Shown here: positions 50,406 to 58,796 of the stretch, piece after piece
Layout: every line of letters begins with the position of its first letter
Position numbering within the stretch: the stretch's first letter is position 1
Position numbers and translations under genes: made by a program
Notes under the pieces: model-generated
Databases searched by the model: none
The model's input: the letters and a program-made list of their open reading frames with translations, nothing else
What the model was told of the DNA's origin: nothing
Source of the DNA: a virus
Taxonomy: Duplodnaviria; Caudoviricetes
Strand: one strand, 5' to 3'
Virus record (IMG/VR): IMGVR_UViG_3300005512_000003
DNA: 64,000 nt

Positions 50406-51413
50406 ATGGACCTTTTAAAAGAGATTGTAAAAGAAATCGGAGATGACTACACAAAACTCGCAGCAGACATCGACGACTCCGAATCATATGTTGACACGGG
50501 TTCGTACATTTTTAACGGACTCGTATCAGGTAGTATCTTTGGTGGTGTATCTGGGAATAAGATTACTGCCATTGCTGGCGAGTCTAGCACTGGAAAAACT
50601 TTCTTCAGTCTTGCTGTCGTCAAGAACTTCCTTGATTCTAACCCTGACGGCATGTGTCTATATTTTGACACTGAAGCCGCTGTTAACAAGGCTCTACTCA
50701 CAGATCGTGGGTTAGACCTTGAGAGAACTGTAGTTGTAAATGTTGTTACAGTTGAGGAGTTCCGTAGCAAGGCACTCAAAGCAGTAGATATATACTTGAA
50801 AAAACCTGAAGATGAACGCAAACCACTTATGTTTGTGCTAGACTCTTTAGGGATGCTTTCCACTGAGAAAGAGATTACTGACGCACTAAATGACAAACAA
50901 GTTAGGGACATGACTAAATCCCAACTTATCAAAGGTGCCTTCCGTATGCTTACTCTCAAGTTGGGTCAAGCAAATATTCCAATGATCGTTACGAATCATA
51001 CCTACGATGTCATCGGCGCTTACGTTCCAACTAAAGAAATGGGAGGAGGTAGTGGTCTCAAATATGCCGCTTCTACAATCATTTATCTTAGCAAAAAGAA
51101 AGAGAAGGATGGAACAGAGATCGTCGGAAATCTTATCAAGGCAAAGACTGCTAAGTCGCGTTTAAGTAAGGAGAACAAAGATGTTACGGTGCGTCTGTAT
51201 TACGATGAGCGCGGTCTTGATCGTTACTATGGTCTTCTTGAACTCGGTGAGATTGGCGGACTTTGGAAAAACGTTGCTGGTCGATATGAGATAAATGGTA
51301 AGAAGGTCTATGCAAAACAGATCTTGAAAGAACCAGAAACTTACTTCACTGAAGAAGTGATGCAACAACTAGATGAAATTGCAAGGAAGGAGTTTTCCTA
51401 TGGAGAAGGTTGA
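50406..51413 (+). CDS. uvsX: Recombinase UvsX
   Basis: AGESSTGKTF, FDTE, LDSLGML, MGGG.GLKYAAS; ATG at 50406. Confidence 0.96.
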   Translation: MDLLKEIVKEIGDDYTKLAADIDDSESYVDTGSYIFNGLVSGSIFGGVSGNKITAIAGESSTGKTFFSLAVVKNFLDSNPDGMCLYFDTEAAVNKALLTDRGLDLERTVVVNVVTVEEFRSKALKAVDIYLKKPEDERKPLMFVLDSLGMLSTEKEITDALNDKQVRDMTKSQLIKGAFRMLTLKLGQANIPMIVTNHTYDVIGAYVPTKEMGGGSGLKYAASTIIYLSKKKEKDGTEIVGNLIKAKTAKSRLSKENKDVTVRLYYDERGLDRYYGLLELGEIGGLWKNVAGRYEINGKKVYAKQILKEPETYFTEEVMQQLDEIARKEFSYGEG

Positions 51414-52731
51414 GTTTCTAATCCTTAGAAACCTTTTATATAATGAGGAATATCTCCGAAAGGTAATCCCTTTTATTAAATCTGAATACTTTGAGAATCC
51501 AAACCAAAAGGTTGTATTTGAAGAGATCCAATCTTTTGTCGATCAGTACAATGAACTTCCAACTAAGGAAGTTTTAAGTATTGAGATTGAGAATAGAAAA
51601 GATGTCAATGAATCTTCTTTTAAAGAACTCATTGACATGGTGTCATCTTTGGATGATGAACCTACTGATCTACAGTGGGTTACTGATACCACTGAGAAGT
51701 GGTGTCGTGATCGTGCCATTTATTTGGCACTGATGGAGTCAATCAGCATTGCTGACGGTCAAGATGAAAAGAAGAATCGGGATGCTATTCCTAGCATTCT
51801 TTCTGATGCTCTTGGCGTGAGTTTTGACAATAACGTTGGACACGACTATCTTCAAGATTACGAGGCACGATATGAGGTATATCACAGAAAGGAGGAGACG
51901 ATTCCTTTTGACCTTGAATACTTTAACAAGATCACAAAAGGTGGTCTGGTTAATAAAAGTCTCAATATCGCTCTTGCTGGTACGGGCGTCGGAAAGTCTC
52001 TATTCATGTGCCATGTGGCTGCTTCCTGCTTACTTCAAGGAAAGAATGTACTCTATATCACACTTGAAATGGCAGAGGAAAGAATTGCTGAACGTATTGA
52101 CGCAAACCTCCTCGATGTAAACATTCAGGAGATTGTTGATCTGCCAAAGATGATGTTTGAAACTAAGGTAAATAATCTTGCCAAGAAAACTCAAGGCACC
52201 TTGATTATCAAGGAGTATCCAACAGCGAGCGCACACAGTGGACACTTTAGGGCACTTCTTAACGAACTTGCACTTAAGAAGTCATTTAGACCTGATATTA
52301 TTTTCATTGATTACCTTAATATATGTGCTTCCTCCCGCTATCGCCAGGGTGGCACTGTCAATTCATATAGCTATATTAAGGCTATTGCAGAAGAGCTTAG
52401 AGGATTGGCTGTTGAAGCAAACGTCCCTATCGTATCTGCCACGCAGACCACTCGTTCGGGGTATTGCTTGGACTTGAAAACACAAGTTCAAACACCGCAA
52501 GGACTGAAAGATATTTCTAATATTCAAGTTGGGGATTTAGTGCTTTCTAATAATGGTTATAATGAAGTATTGAATGTCTTTCCTAAAACAAAAAAGAAAT
52601 CTTATAGGATTACTTTGGAAGATGGTAAAGAAATCATTTGTAGTGAAGAGCACTTGTTCCCGACTGAAAATGGTGAGGTGAATATCAAAGGGGGTTTAAA
52701 AGAAGGTATATGTCTTTATGTTAAGGAATAG
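51400..52731 (+). CDS. g41: Replicative helicase gp41 N-extein (355 aa) fused to split-intein N-fragment (88 aa)
   Basis: AGTGVGKS, IKEYPT, IDYLNI, SATQTTRSGY, then C1-LDLKTQV...; stop at 52731. Confidence 0.96.
   Translation: MEKVEFLILRNLLYNEEYLRKVIPFIKSEYFENPNQKVVFEEIQSFVDQYNELPTKEVLSIEIENRKDVNESSFKELIDMVSSLDDEPTDLQWVTDTTEKWCRDRAIYLALMESISIADGQDEKKNRDAIPSILSDALGVSFDNNVGHDYLQDYEARYEVYHRKEETIPFDLEYFNKITKGGLVNKSLNIALAGTGVGKSLFMCHVAASCLLQGKNVLYITLEMAEERIAERIDANLLDVNIQEIVDLPKMMFETKVNNLAKKTQGTLIIKEYPTASAHSGHFRALLNELALKKSFRPDIIFIDYLNICASSRYRQGGTVNSYSYIKAIAEELRGLAVEANVPIVSATQTTRSGYCLDLKTQVQTPQGLKDISNIQVGDLVLSNNGYNEVLNVFPKTKKKSYRITLEDGKEIICSEEHLFPTENGEVNIKGGLKEGICLYVKE
52465..52728 (+). mobile_element. 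Split intein N-fragment, Gp41-1-type
   Basis: Cys1 CLDLKTQV; block B I.CSEEHLF; 88 aa ending LYVKE. Confidence 0.95.
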
Positions 52732-52736
52732 TGTGT

Positions 52737-52776
52737 GTAAGTTATACTTCTTATAAATAATAGTAGTATAACTTAC
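52737..52776 (+). promoter_or_regulatory. Late promoter TATAAATA inside a 12-bp inverted repeat
   Basis: GTAAGTTATACT (52737-48), TATAAATA (52752-59), AGTATAACTTAC (52765-76); ATG at 52781. Confidence 0.85.
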
Positions 52777-52780
52777 TGAT

Positions 52781-53545
52781 ATGAAAGTAAAGATTTATCT
52801 AATTACCAACACAGCAGTAAATCCACATATGTATTATGTTGGACTGACTAAAAATGAATTGGACAGAAGATTACAAGAACATATTACTCTTGGAAAGCAC
52901 GAAGGTAATAAACTTCTGTCTGATGCTATTATTGAATATGGTAAAAGAAATTTTACTATTGAAGTGGTGGAGGAAGTTGATGAAAGTGAAGCAAGAATGA
53001 AAGAAGATTATTATATCCGTAAATATAAATCTCATTATATGGATGGATGTGGATATAATATGAGATATGAAACTTGTAATTATGAAAAACATTATCACGG
53101 AGCAAATCAAGAACAGATAGAAGAAAATATTAAAAATGGAAGAGTGTGGAATTATGGAATAAGTTTTTCTCCACAATCAAAAGAGAAAATGAGAAAAACT
53201 AAAAAACATAGATACTCTCTTGGTCTTTATAAAAAGTTTAATACAAATCACTCACAAGAAACAAAAGATAAAATTGCTGAAAGTAAGAGAGGTCAAAAAC
53301 TAACCAAACAGCATAGAGATAATATTGCAAAATCTTCTGTTGGTAGAACTTGGATGTATAATAAAAAAATAAAAGAAAGAAAGTTTATTAAAAAGGAAGA
53401 AGTAAGTTTTTACTTACAAAATGGTTGGGAAAATGGAAAAGGTGTTATTTGGATGAATAATGGTGTAGAATGTATGTGTGCTGATATTTGGGATTATCAA
53501 AGTTTTATTTCTTGTGGATATACTGACGGGAGAATACAAAAATGA
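52781..53545 (+). mobile_element. Free-standing GIY-YIG homing endonuclease with NUMOD3 repeats
   Basis: KIYLITN...YVGLT...R...H, E..YI, GYN, HSQETK.KI; very AT-rich. Confidence 0.92.
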
Positions 53546-53586
53546 CTAAAACACACAAATACAATCAAAATGGAGTTTTGAACTAA

Positions 53587-54012
53587 ATGTTACTAAAAAG
53601 AATTCTAAAAATTGAAGAAATTGGTGAAAGAGAAATGGTAGATATTGAAGTATCTGGAAATCACTTGTTCTATGCGAATGCTATTCTCACACATAATAGT
53701 AGCAGCGATGTTGAGCTTACTGACACTAGTGAGTCCTTTGGTCTCCCTGCTACTGCTGATCTTATGTTTGCCCTTATCTCTACTGAGGAACTTGAATCGC
53801 TTGGACAGATTCTTGTAAAGCAACTTAAGAATAGGTATAACGATCTCAACGTTTATAAGAGGTTTGTCGTTGGCATTGATCGTGCCAAGATGCGTCTGTA
53901 TGATTGTGAGCAGTCTGCTCAAGATGATATGCTTGACAGCACAAAGGAAGAAGAGTATGATTCTGAGGAATCCAACAAGTTTAAGAACAAGTTCGCGGAG
54001 TTGAAGTTTTGA
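53587..54012 (+). CDS. g41: Split-intein C-fragment (37 aa, 53587-53697) fused to gp41 C-extein (104 aa)
   Basis: DIEVSGNHLFYAN.ILTHN|SSSDV, then helicase TSESFGLPATAD and KQLKNRY; SD GGAG. Confidence 0.96.
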   Translation: MLLKRILKIEEIGEREMVDIEVSGNHLFYANAILTHNSSSDVELTDTSESFGLPATADLMFALISTEELESLGQILVKQLKNRYNDLNVYKRFVVGIDRAKMRLYDCEQSAQDDMLDSTKEEEYDSEESNKFKNKFAELKF

Positions 54013-54419
54013 CCAAATCTATTGATTTTGAAAAGTACGAAAAGTTTGTTGATGCTGTTACATCTGAAGCATCCACTGATTTCCTTGCACTCTCTAATCG
54101 TCTTGTGGAACTGGATGAAAAGGGTGCAAATATTGAGCGTCTTCTAACTGCTGGTGTTGGTATCAATGCTGAAGGTGGAGAGTTTCTTGAGATTATCAAG
54201 AAGATGATTTTTCAGGGTAAACCTTGGGATGCTCACAACAAAGAACACCTTGTTATTGAACTTGGTGACCTGATGTGGTATGCTGCTCAAGCATGTATAG
54301 CACTTGGAGTTTCTTTTGATGAGGTGATTGCGCGGAACGTGAAGAAACTGGAAGCACGCTATCCTGGTGGTGCTTTTGACGTTTACTACTCTGAAAATCG
54401 TGCTGAGGGGGACCTGTGA
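54009..54419 (+). CDS. mazG: MazG-like pyrophosphatase
   Basis: AEGGEF.EI.KK, ELGD..WY, N..KL..RYP. Confidence 0.92.
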   Translation: MTKSIDFEKYEKFVDAVTSEASTDFLALSNRLVELDEKGANIERLLTAGVGINAEGGEFLEIIKKMIFQGKPWDAHNKEHLVIELGDLMWYAAQACIALGVSFDEVIARNVKKLEARYPGGAFDVYYSENRAEGDL

Positions 54420-54646
54420 ATAAAGACCCTTTATCACCCGAAGAGGTACAAGAAGCAGCGGATAGATTCTTCCCGTTGTTTGATATTATCCACCGCAATA
54501 TGCCCGAAGGATCAAAGACTGAAGATGCCTTGAAGGTTATGGAATCTGTCTGTAATCTTGCCTTCAAGATGAGACTTGAAAAAGAAGAAGCATCTGTTCC
54601 CTTCGGATTTAACAAGAAACCCAAAGAGGAATCTGATGACGCATGA
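54416..54646 (+). CDS. Hypothetical protein
   Basis: Coupled ORF (TED.LKVME, PFGF). Confidence 0.55.
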   Translation: MNKDPLSPEEVQEAADRFFPLFDIIHRNMPEGSKTEDALKVMESVCNLAFKMRLEKEEASVPFGFNKKPKEESDDA

Positions 54647-54974
54647 AGAAATGCTTGAAGAGGCACAACGACGAGAAGAAAACAACGAAAAGAAACCTTC
54701 CTTGAGAACTTCACTTGGAGGCAATCCAACCATTGAAAAAACTATCCCTGAGGATGTTGAATGGATTGATGATGTCTTCTACATTAAGAAAACTCGCTTT
54801 GGTCTTTATACCAGTGTTTTAAAAGAACCTATTTTGGGTGCTAATTTTATCACAGGTGCTACTAAAGAAGGAGTTATTGAAGTTACACGTTGGCACCTTA
54901 AGTCTATTCAAGAAGGCACACTTGATGATTATACTCGTGTTGTGAACAGTGGTGTTGTTGGTGGAAAACTCTGA
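54636..54974 (+). CDS. Conserved hypothetical protein
   Basis: WIDD.FYI.KTRFG, TRWHLK..Q.G, VVGGKL; ATG at 54636. Confidence 0.6.
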   Translation: MTHEEMLEEAQRREENNEKKPSLRTSLGGNPTIEKTIPEDVEWIDDVFYIKKTRFGLYTSVLKEPILGANFITGATKEGVIEVTRWHLKSIQEGTLDDYTRVVNSGVVGGKL

Positions 54975-55185
54975 TTATATTAGAGATTCAAGCAAGTACG
55001 TGTTTGATGGATTTCCAGTAACTCCAGTTAACATACTTCGCCTTATCAGTGAACTTGAGGGGTCATCTCAACTCCTCAAGTATATGGGTTTCAAAGACGA
55101 TATGGACACTATTGACGAAATCAAGAAAAGATATTATAGTTTATATTTCAAACTAAATAAGGAAGAAAAAAACAAGGGGATATAG
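54961..55185 (+). CDS. Hypothetical protein; stop codon lies inside the tRNA gene
   Basis: V.ILRLISELEGS.Q.LKYMGF.DD. Start is uncertain (GTG at 54949 or 54961). Confidence 0.55.
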   Translation: MENSDYIRDSSKYVFDGFPVTPVNILRLISELEGSSQLLKYMGFKDDMDTIDEIKKRYYSLYFKLNKEEKNKGI

Positions 55186-55248
55186 CTCAGTTGGTAGAGC
55201 GCCTGCTTTGCAAGCAGGATGTCAGGAGTTCGAGTCTCCTTATCTCCA
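55176..55248 (+). tRNA. trnA: tRNA-Ala(UGC); CCA not encoded
   Basis: GGGGATA/TATCTCC acceptor stem with G3:U70, AGCTCAGTTGGTAGAGC D-arm, CCTGC-TT-TGC-AA-GCAGG anticodon arm, GTTCGAG T-loop. Confidence 0.96.
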
Positions 55249-55274
55249 TTTCTAAATACCTAAAAAGTATTGAG

Positions 55275-56684
55275 ATGGAAAGAGCTAACGCAAAAAATGT
55301 TGGTGAATATTTTGGAAAGTTAGATAAAATTGGAAGAACTGCACTTAGTGATAGTGCAATGGTGGGAAAAGGAGTGGAGTTATTCTTTGAAAAAAAGTTT
55401 ACTCTTGCTCAAGAAAAAGCACTTAAAAATAATGTAACTAAAATACTAGATGAGAATTTTTCAGGATCTTACGAACTGGGTAAGTTAGAGTATGATGCTG
55501 GCGAGAGCATCTTGATGATAAAAATAGCAGATTCTGGAGCACCTCCAAAAATTCCTACAGATATTCAAGAAGCAGGAAGTGCTTTTGTTCTCACTCAAGT
55601 TTTGAGAAAAAATAAGAAGTTTACAAGTGGTGCTGATATTTTAAATGATCCAGATACAAGAAGTGGTCTTGATAAAATTTTTAGTGGAAACTATAATGAT
55701 GGACTAAAGGAATGGACGCATAGTTATTTTGAACATCAAGAGGCATTTTTTAAAAAGTTTCAACCTTCTCAATGGGATATCTTTGAGCACGGTGGTCAAG
55801 ACTTTATGAAGTTTATAAAAGAGCAGTGCCAGATTGTAAAAGAAGTTACTGCTTCTGGAAAGTTGCAGGATGTTGGAAAATATGAAACTTGGAACCCTGC
55901 TGATATCTGGGCAGTAAAGGATAAGGGTAAGGTAAAATCTGAGATAGACAGAGCGATTCAAGAAGACGGAACTGCAACTTTGAAAGAGTTGAATAATGTT
56001 CTTTTGAAAATGTTAAAAGAAGACAGACTTATTGGTTTGTCCCTGAAGAAAATTGATCCTAAAGAATCAGCAAGTTTTGTGTATGTAAATAGAGATCCTA
56101 AGAAGATTGAGTTTGCAAAGGTTGAAGAAATCAAGATGAGTGATATAAGTTTTGAAATAAAAACTGAGAAGACAACGGATGGTATGTCTCAGGGTGGATA
56201 TTGTCTTTTTGGAAAATATACTATTAATATAATAAGAACTCCTACCTCTGGGTTTTCAAACTTGAAGTTTGAAAGTGTTGTAAAAGGCAGTGGAGGTAGA
56301 GGTGGCGCAGCACCTGTTGCCATGGTTGGTAAGTTATTGAAGAGTAGAAACCCAAGTGCTACATTTGTGAATGATAATAATAAGTATCCTAAAACAAAAG
56401 ATGAGTTTTTGAATGATGGGAGAGATTATGAAAAGATGTATAAGAGTTTGAATGGAGTTATAAAAGGAACTAAAAACTATGCAGAGTTTAAAAGTAGAAT
56501 AATCTCAATGTATGAATCAAAGAACTCTAAGTCTAAAGGTGTTGCTCAATCCAAACTTATGCAACTCCACTTTTTCTCTGATGCATTAGCAAAGAAAAAG
56601 AATGAACCAGAGTTTTGGACTGATATGTTGTATCTTTCTTTGAAAGTTGGAAAAAGGTTTGCTCCTCATGGTAAACTTGCATAG
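55275..56684 (+). CDS. Putative PD-(D/E)XK-like nuclease-fold protein
   Basis: QE helix, WNPADIW...IGLSLKK. The true start is the ATG at 55275, after a CTAAATA late promoter. Confidence 0.55.
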   Translation: MERANAKNVGEYFGKLDKIGRTALSDSAMVGKGVELFFEKKFTLAQEKALKNNVTKILDENFSGSYELGKLEYDAGESILMIKIADSGAPPKIPTDIQEAGSAFVLTQVLRKNKKFTSGADILNDPDTRSGLDKIFSGNYNDGLKEWTHSYFEHQEAFFKKFQPSQWDIFEHGGQDFMKFIKEQCQIVKEVTASGKLQDVGKYETWNPADIWAVKDKGKVKSEIDRAIQEDGTATLKELNNVLLKMLKEDRLIGLSLKKIDPKESASFVYVNRDPKKIEFAKVEEIKMSDISFEIKTEKTTDGMSQGGYCLFGKYTINIIRTPTSGFSNLKFESVVKGSGGRGGAAPVAMVGKLLKSRNPSATFVNDNNKYPKTKDEFLNDGRDYEKMYKSLNGVIKGTKNYAEFKSRIISMYESKNSKSKGVAQSKLMQLHFFSDALAKKKNEPEFWTDMLYLSLKVGKRFAPHGKLA

Positions 56685-56718
56685 GTAAAATAAATACTTA
56701 AAACTATCTCTTAATCCA

Positions 56719-57543
56719 GTGGCAAATAAAGGACTTCAGTTTGAACATGCTGTAATGTATGCTGCCACAAGTAAAATCGTCAATAAGTCCAAGCAAAATC
56801 AAAAGGACTATGACGATGCAGCATCAAGGTATACTTCCATACCTAAAAATATAAAGGATAAGGCGGAAGAGATTGTTGAAAAAATGGCACCGAGAACTCT
56901 AAACTCTAGGCAGACTTATTATAAGTCGTTTAGAAAAATGTCTGGTGGTGGTGAAGAACCAAAGACTGATATTATGTTTGAGTCTGGAGGAACCACGTAT
57001 AAGTGCTCTATGAAATGGGGTAAGGCATATCAGTTATCAAGTGCTGGGATTGATAAGTCATTATCGGTTTTTCAAAAGGTTTTGAAAAAAACAGCACAAG
57101 ATATTGGTTGTCCTACGGATGTAGTTACGTTAGGATATTTACAGTTAGTTTTGGAACAAATAAACAATAAGTGCGAGAATGCAAAGGGTGTGATTGCACA
57201 ACCGAAAGCAAAGGCAATCCTTGCAGATATTAAAAAGTCTGGTGGTTTAAATGAGCAACTGCAAGAAGTTTTAGGATCTAAGAAAAGTCCTGGAGCAGCT
57301 GTTGCATATGATACGTTTAAATATAATCTTACTCATGAGTGTATGACTGGTGATATGCTTTTCAATGGTGATGATAGAGCAGCGACTCACCTTATGACTG
57401 AAGATGGAGTAAAATCCATCGATGAAAAAGCAGTCAGAGACGTAATGAAACTAGCGGGAGTCCGTCTCGCCCTCAAGGGCAGGGGAAAGGACAAAGTTAC
57501 AGGTGTCCGTCAGAACGCCATCGTGATCCGATACGAGGTATAA
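56719..57543 (+). CDS. Putative PD-(D/E)XK-like nuclease-fold protein
   Basis: G.QFE...PKTDI.F......CSMK; ATAAATA upstream. Confidence 0.55.
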   Translation: MANKGLQFEHAVMYAATSKIVNKSKQNQKDYDDAASRYTSIPKNIKDKAEEIVEKMAPRTLNSRQTYYKSFRKMSGGGEEPKTDIMFESGGTTYKCSMKWGKAYQLSSAGIDKSLSVFQKVLKKTAQDIGCPTDVVTLGYLQLVLEQINNKCENAKGVIAQPKAKAILADIKKSGGLNEQLQEVLGSKKSPGAAVAYDTFKYNLTHECMTGDMLFNGDDRAATHLMTEDGVKSIDEKAVRDVMKLAGVRLALKGRGKDKVTGVRQNAIVIRYEV

Positions 57544-57550
57544 TACTAGT

Positions 57551-58777
57551 ATGTCAAAGCAAAACACTCACCTAGAGCACCTGGAGGATGACATCCTCAA
57601 TGATGGTGCCGCTGGCGGAAAAAACGCAGTTGCCTTTTTGATTGAACTTGGTAAGATGTTGTCCGAACCTAGATCTAATGTTCGGATCACTACAAAATGG
57701 GATGGAGCACCTGCAGTAGTCTGTGGTAAGCATCCATCAACAGGAAACTTTTTTGTTGCTACTAAGAGTGCATTTGCTCAGTTGCCTAAGATCTGTGTGA
57801 ATGATGCTGATGTTGATCAGTACTACAGTGGAGATCTTGCAGCAAAATTGAAAGCATGTCTCAAGTATCTTCCTTCGTTAGGAATCAAAGGAGTTGTGCA
57901 AGGGGATCTTTTGTTCACTGATGATAAAAGTGCTCAAGTGATTAACAGGGAGAAAGTTATTTCTTTTCAACCTAACACTATTGTGTATGCTGTTCCTGCT
58001 GATAGTGACATTGGTAAAAGGGTAAAGACAGCAAAACTTGGAATCGTGTTTCACACTTCTTATAGTGGAGGACCATCTTTAAGAAACATGTCTCCATCTT
58101 TTGGTGTTGATATTTCAAAGATGAGGAAGAATCCTAATGTGATGGTGTTCTCTTCTGACTTTACTGATGCCACAGGAGCATCTACTTTATCTGCATCAGA
58201 ACTGAGTGCATATACTGCACAAATCAGAAAAACGATAGGTTCTCTGAAGCAAGCTTCTTCTTTCCTAAATATATTAGGAGAAACTGGAGAGGGAAAGTTT
58301 CTTCTATCCACCCTGTTCAAGCAGTTTTTTAATCGATACATTAGAGAAGGAAAATCCATTACTAATACGCAAAAGGTTGCGAGCGATTTTTCGATCTATT
58401 ATAAAGAATTGTTAGATAAAGAAATACAATCGAAGAAGACTGCTAAGACACAGGATAAGTACAGAACTATCCAAGCAAATGGTCTCAAATTTCTTAAGGA
58501 CAATCAAAGGTCCGTTTACTTCACCGTTGCGTCGTATATTAATCTACAGCAAGCTAAAAGCATCATTGTCAAGAAACTGGAGAAGGTTAAAACGCTGGGA
58601 ACATTCCTTCGCACGGACGATGGGTATAAAGTTACTGCGCCAGAAGGGTTCGTTGCGATTCGGTCTGGTAAGGCACTCAAACTGGTTGATCGTCTTGAAT
58701 TCTCCAGAGCGAATTTCACCGCGACGAAGAATTGGGACGTAAAACCAGCGGGGTACAAACCCATTGGTACTAAATAA
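57551..58777 (+). CDS. Conserved T4-like protein (DUF6267-like) with ATP-dependent ligase-type motifs
   Basis: HLEHLED, TTKWDGAPA, QGDLL, PEGFV, LKLVDR.EFS..NF. Confidence 0.65.
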   Translation: MSKQNTHLEHLEDDILNDGAAGGKNAVAFLIELGKMLSEPRSNVRITTKWDGAPAVVCGKHPSTGNFFVATKSAFAQLPKICVNDADVDQYYSGDLAAKLKACLKYLPSLGIKGVVQGDLLFTDDKSAQVINREKVISFQPNTIVYAVPADSDIGKRVKTAKLGIVFHTSYSGGPSLRNMSPSFGVDISKMRKNPNVMVFSSDFTDATGASTLSASELSAYTAQIRKTIGSLKQASSFLNILGETGEGKFLLSTLFKQFFNRYIREGKSITNTQKVASDFSIYYKELLDKEIQSKKTAKTQDKYRTIQANGLKFLKDNQRSVYFTVASYINLQQAKSIIVKKLEKVKTLGTFLRTDDGYKVTAPEGFVAIRSGKALKLVDRLEFSRANFTATKNWDVKPAGYKPIGTK

Positions 58778-58796
58778 TGTTATGGTGAAAAAACAA

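Noticed and set aside
52732-53586. Group I intron interrupting g41
   Set aside because: The non-coding flanks are only about 50 and 40 nt, with no room for a ribozyme core, and complete intein motifs explain the break.
55176-55248. tRNA as a prophage attachment site
   Set aside because: No integrase or duplicated tRNA fragment seen, and phage genes continue on both sides.
55191-55274. N-terminal extension of the 497-aa ORF in the track
   Set aside because: It runs through the tRNA-Ala gene; the ATG at 55275 after a late promoter is the plausible start.
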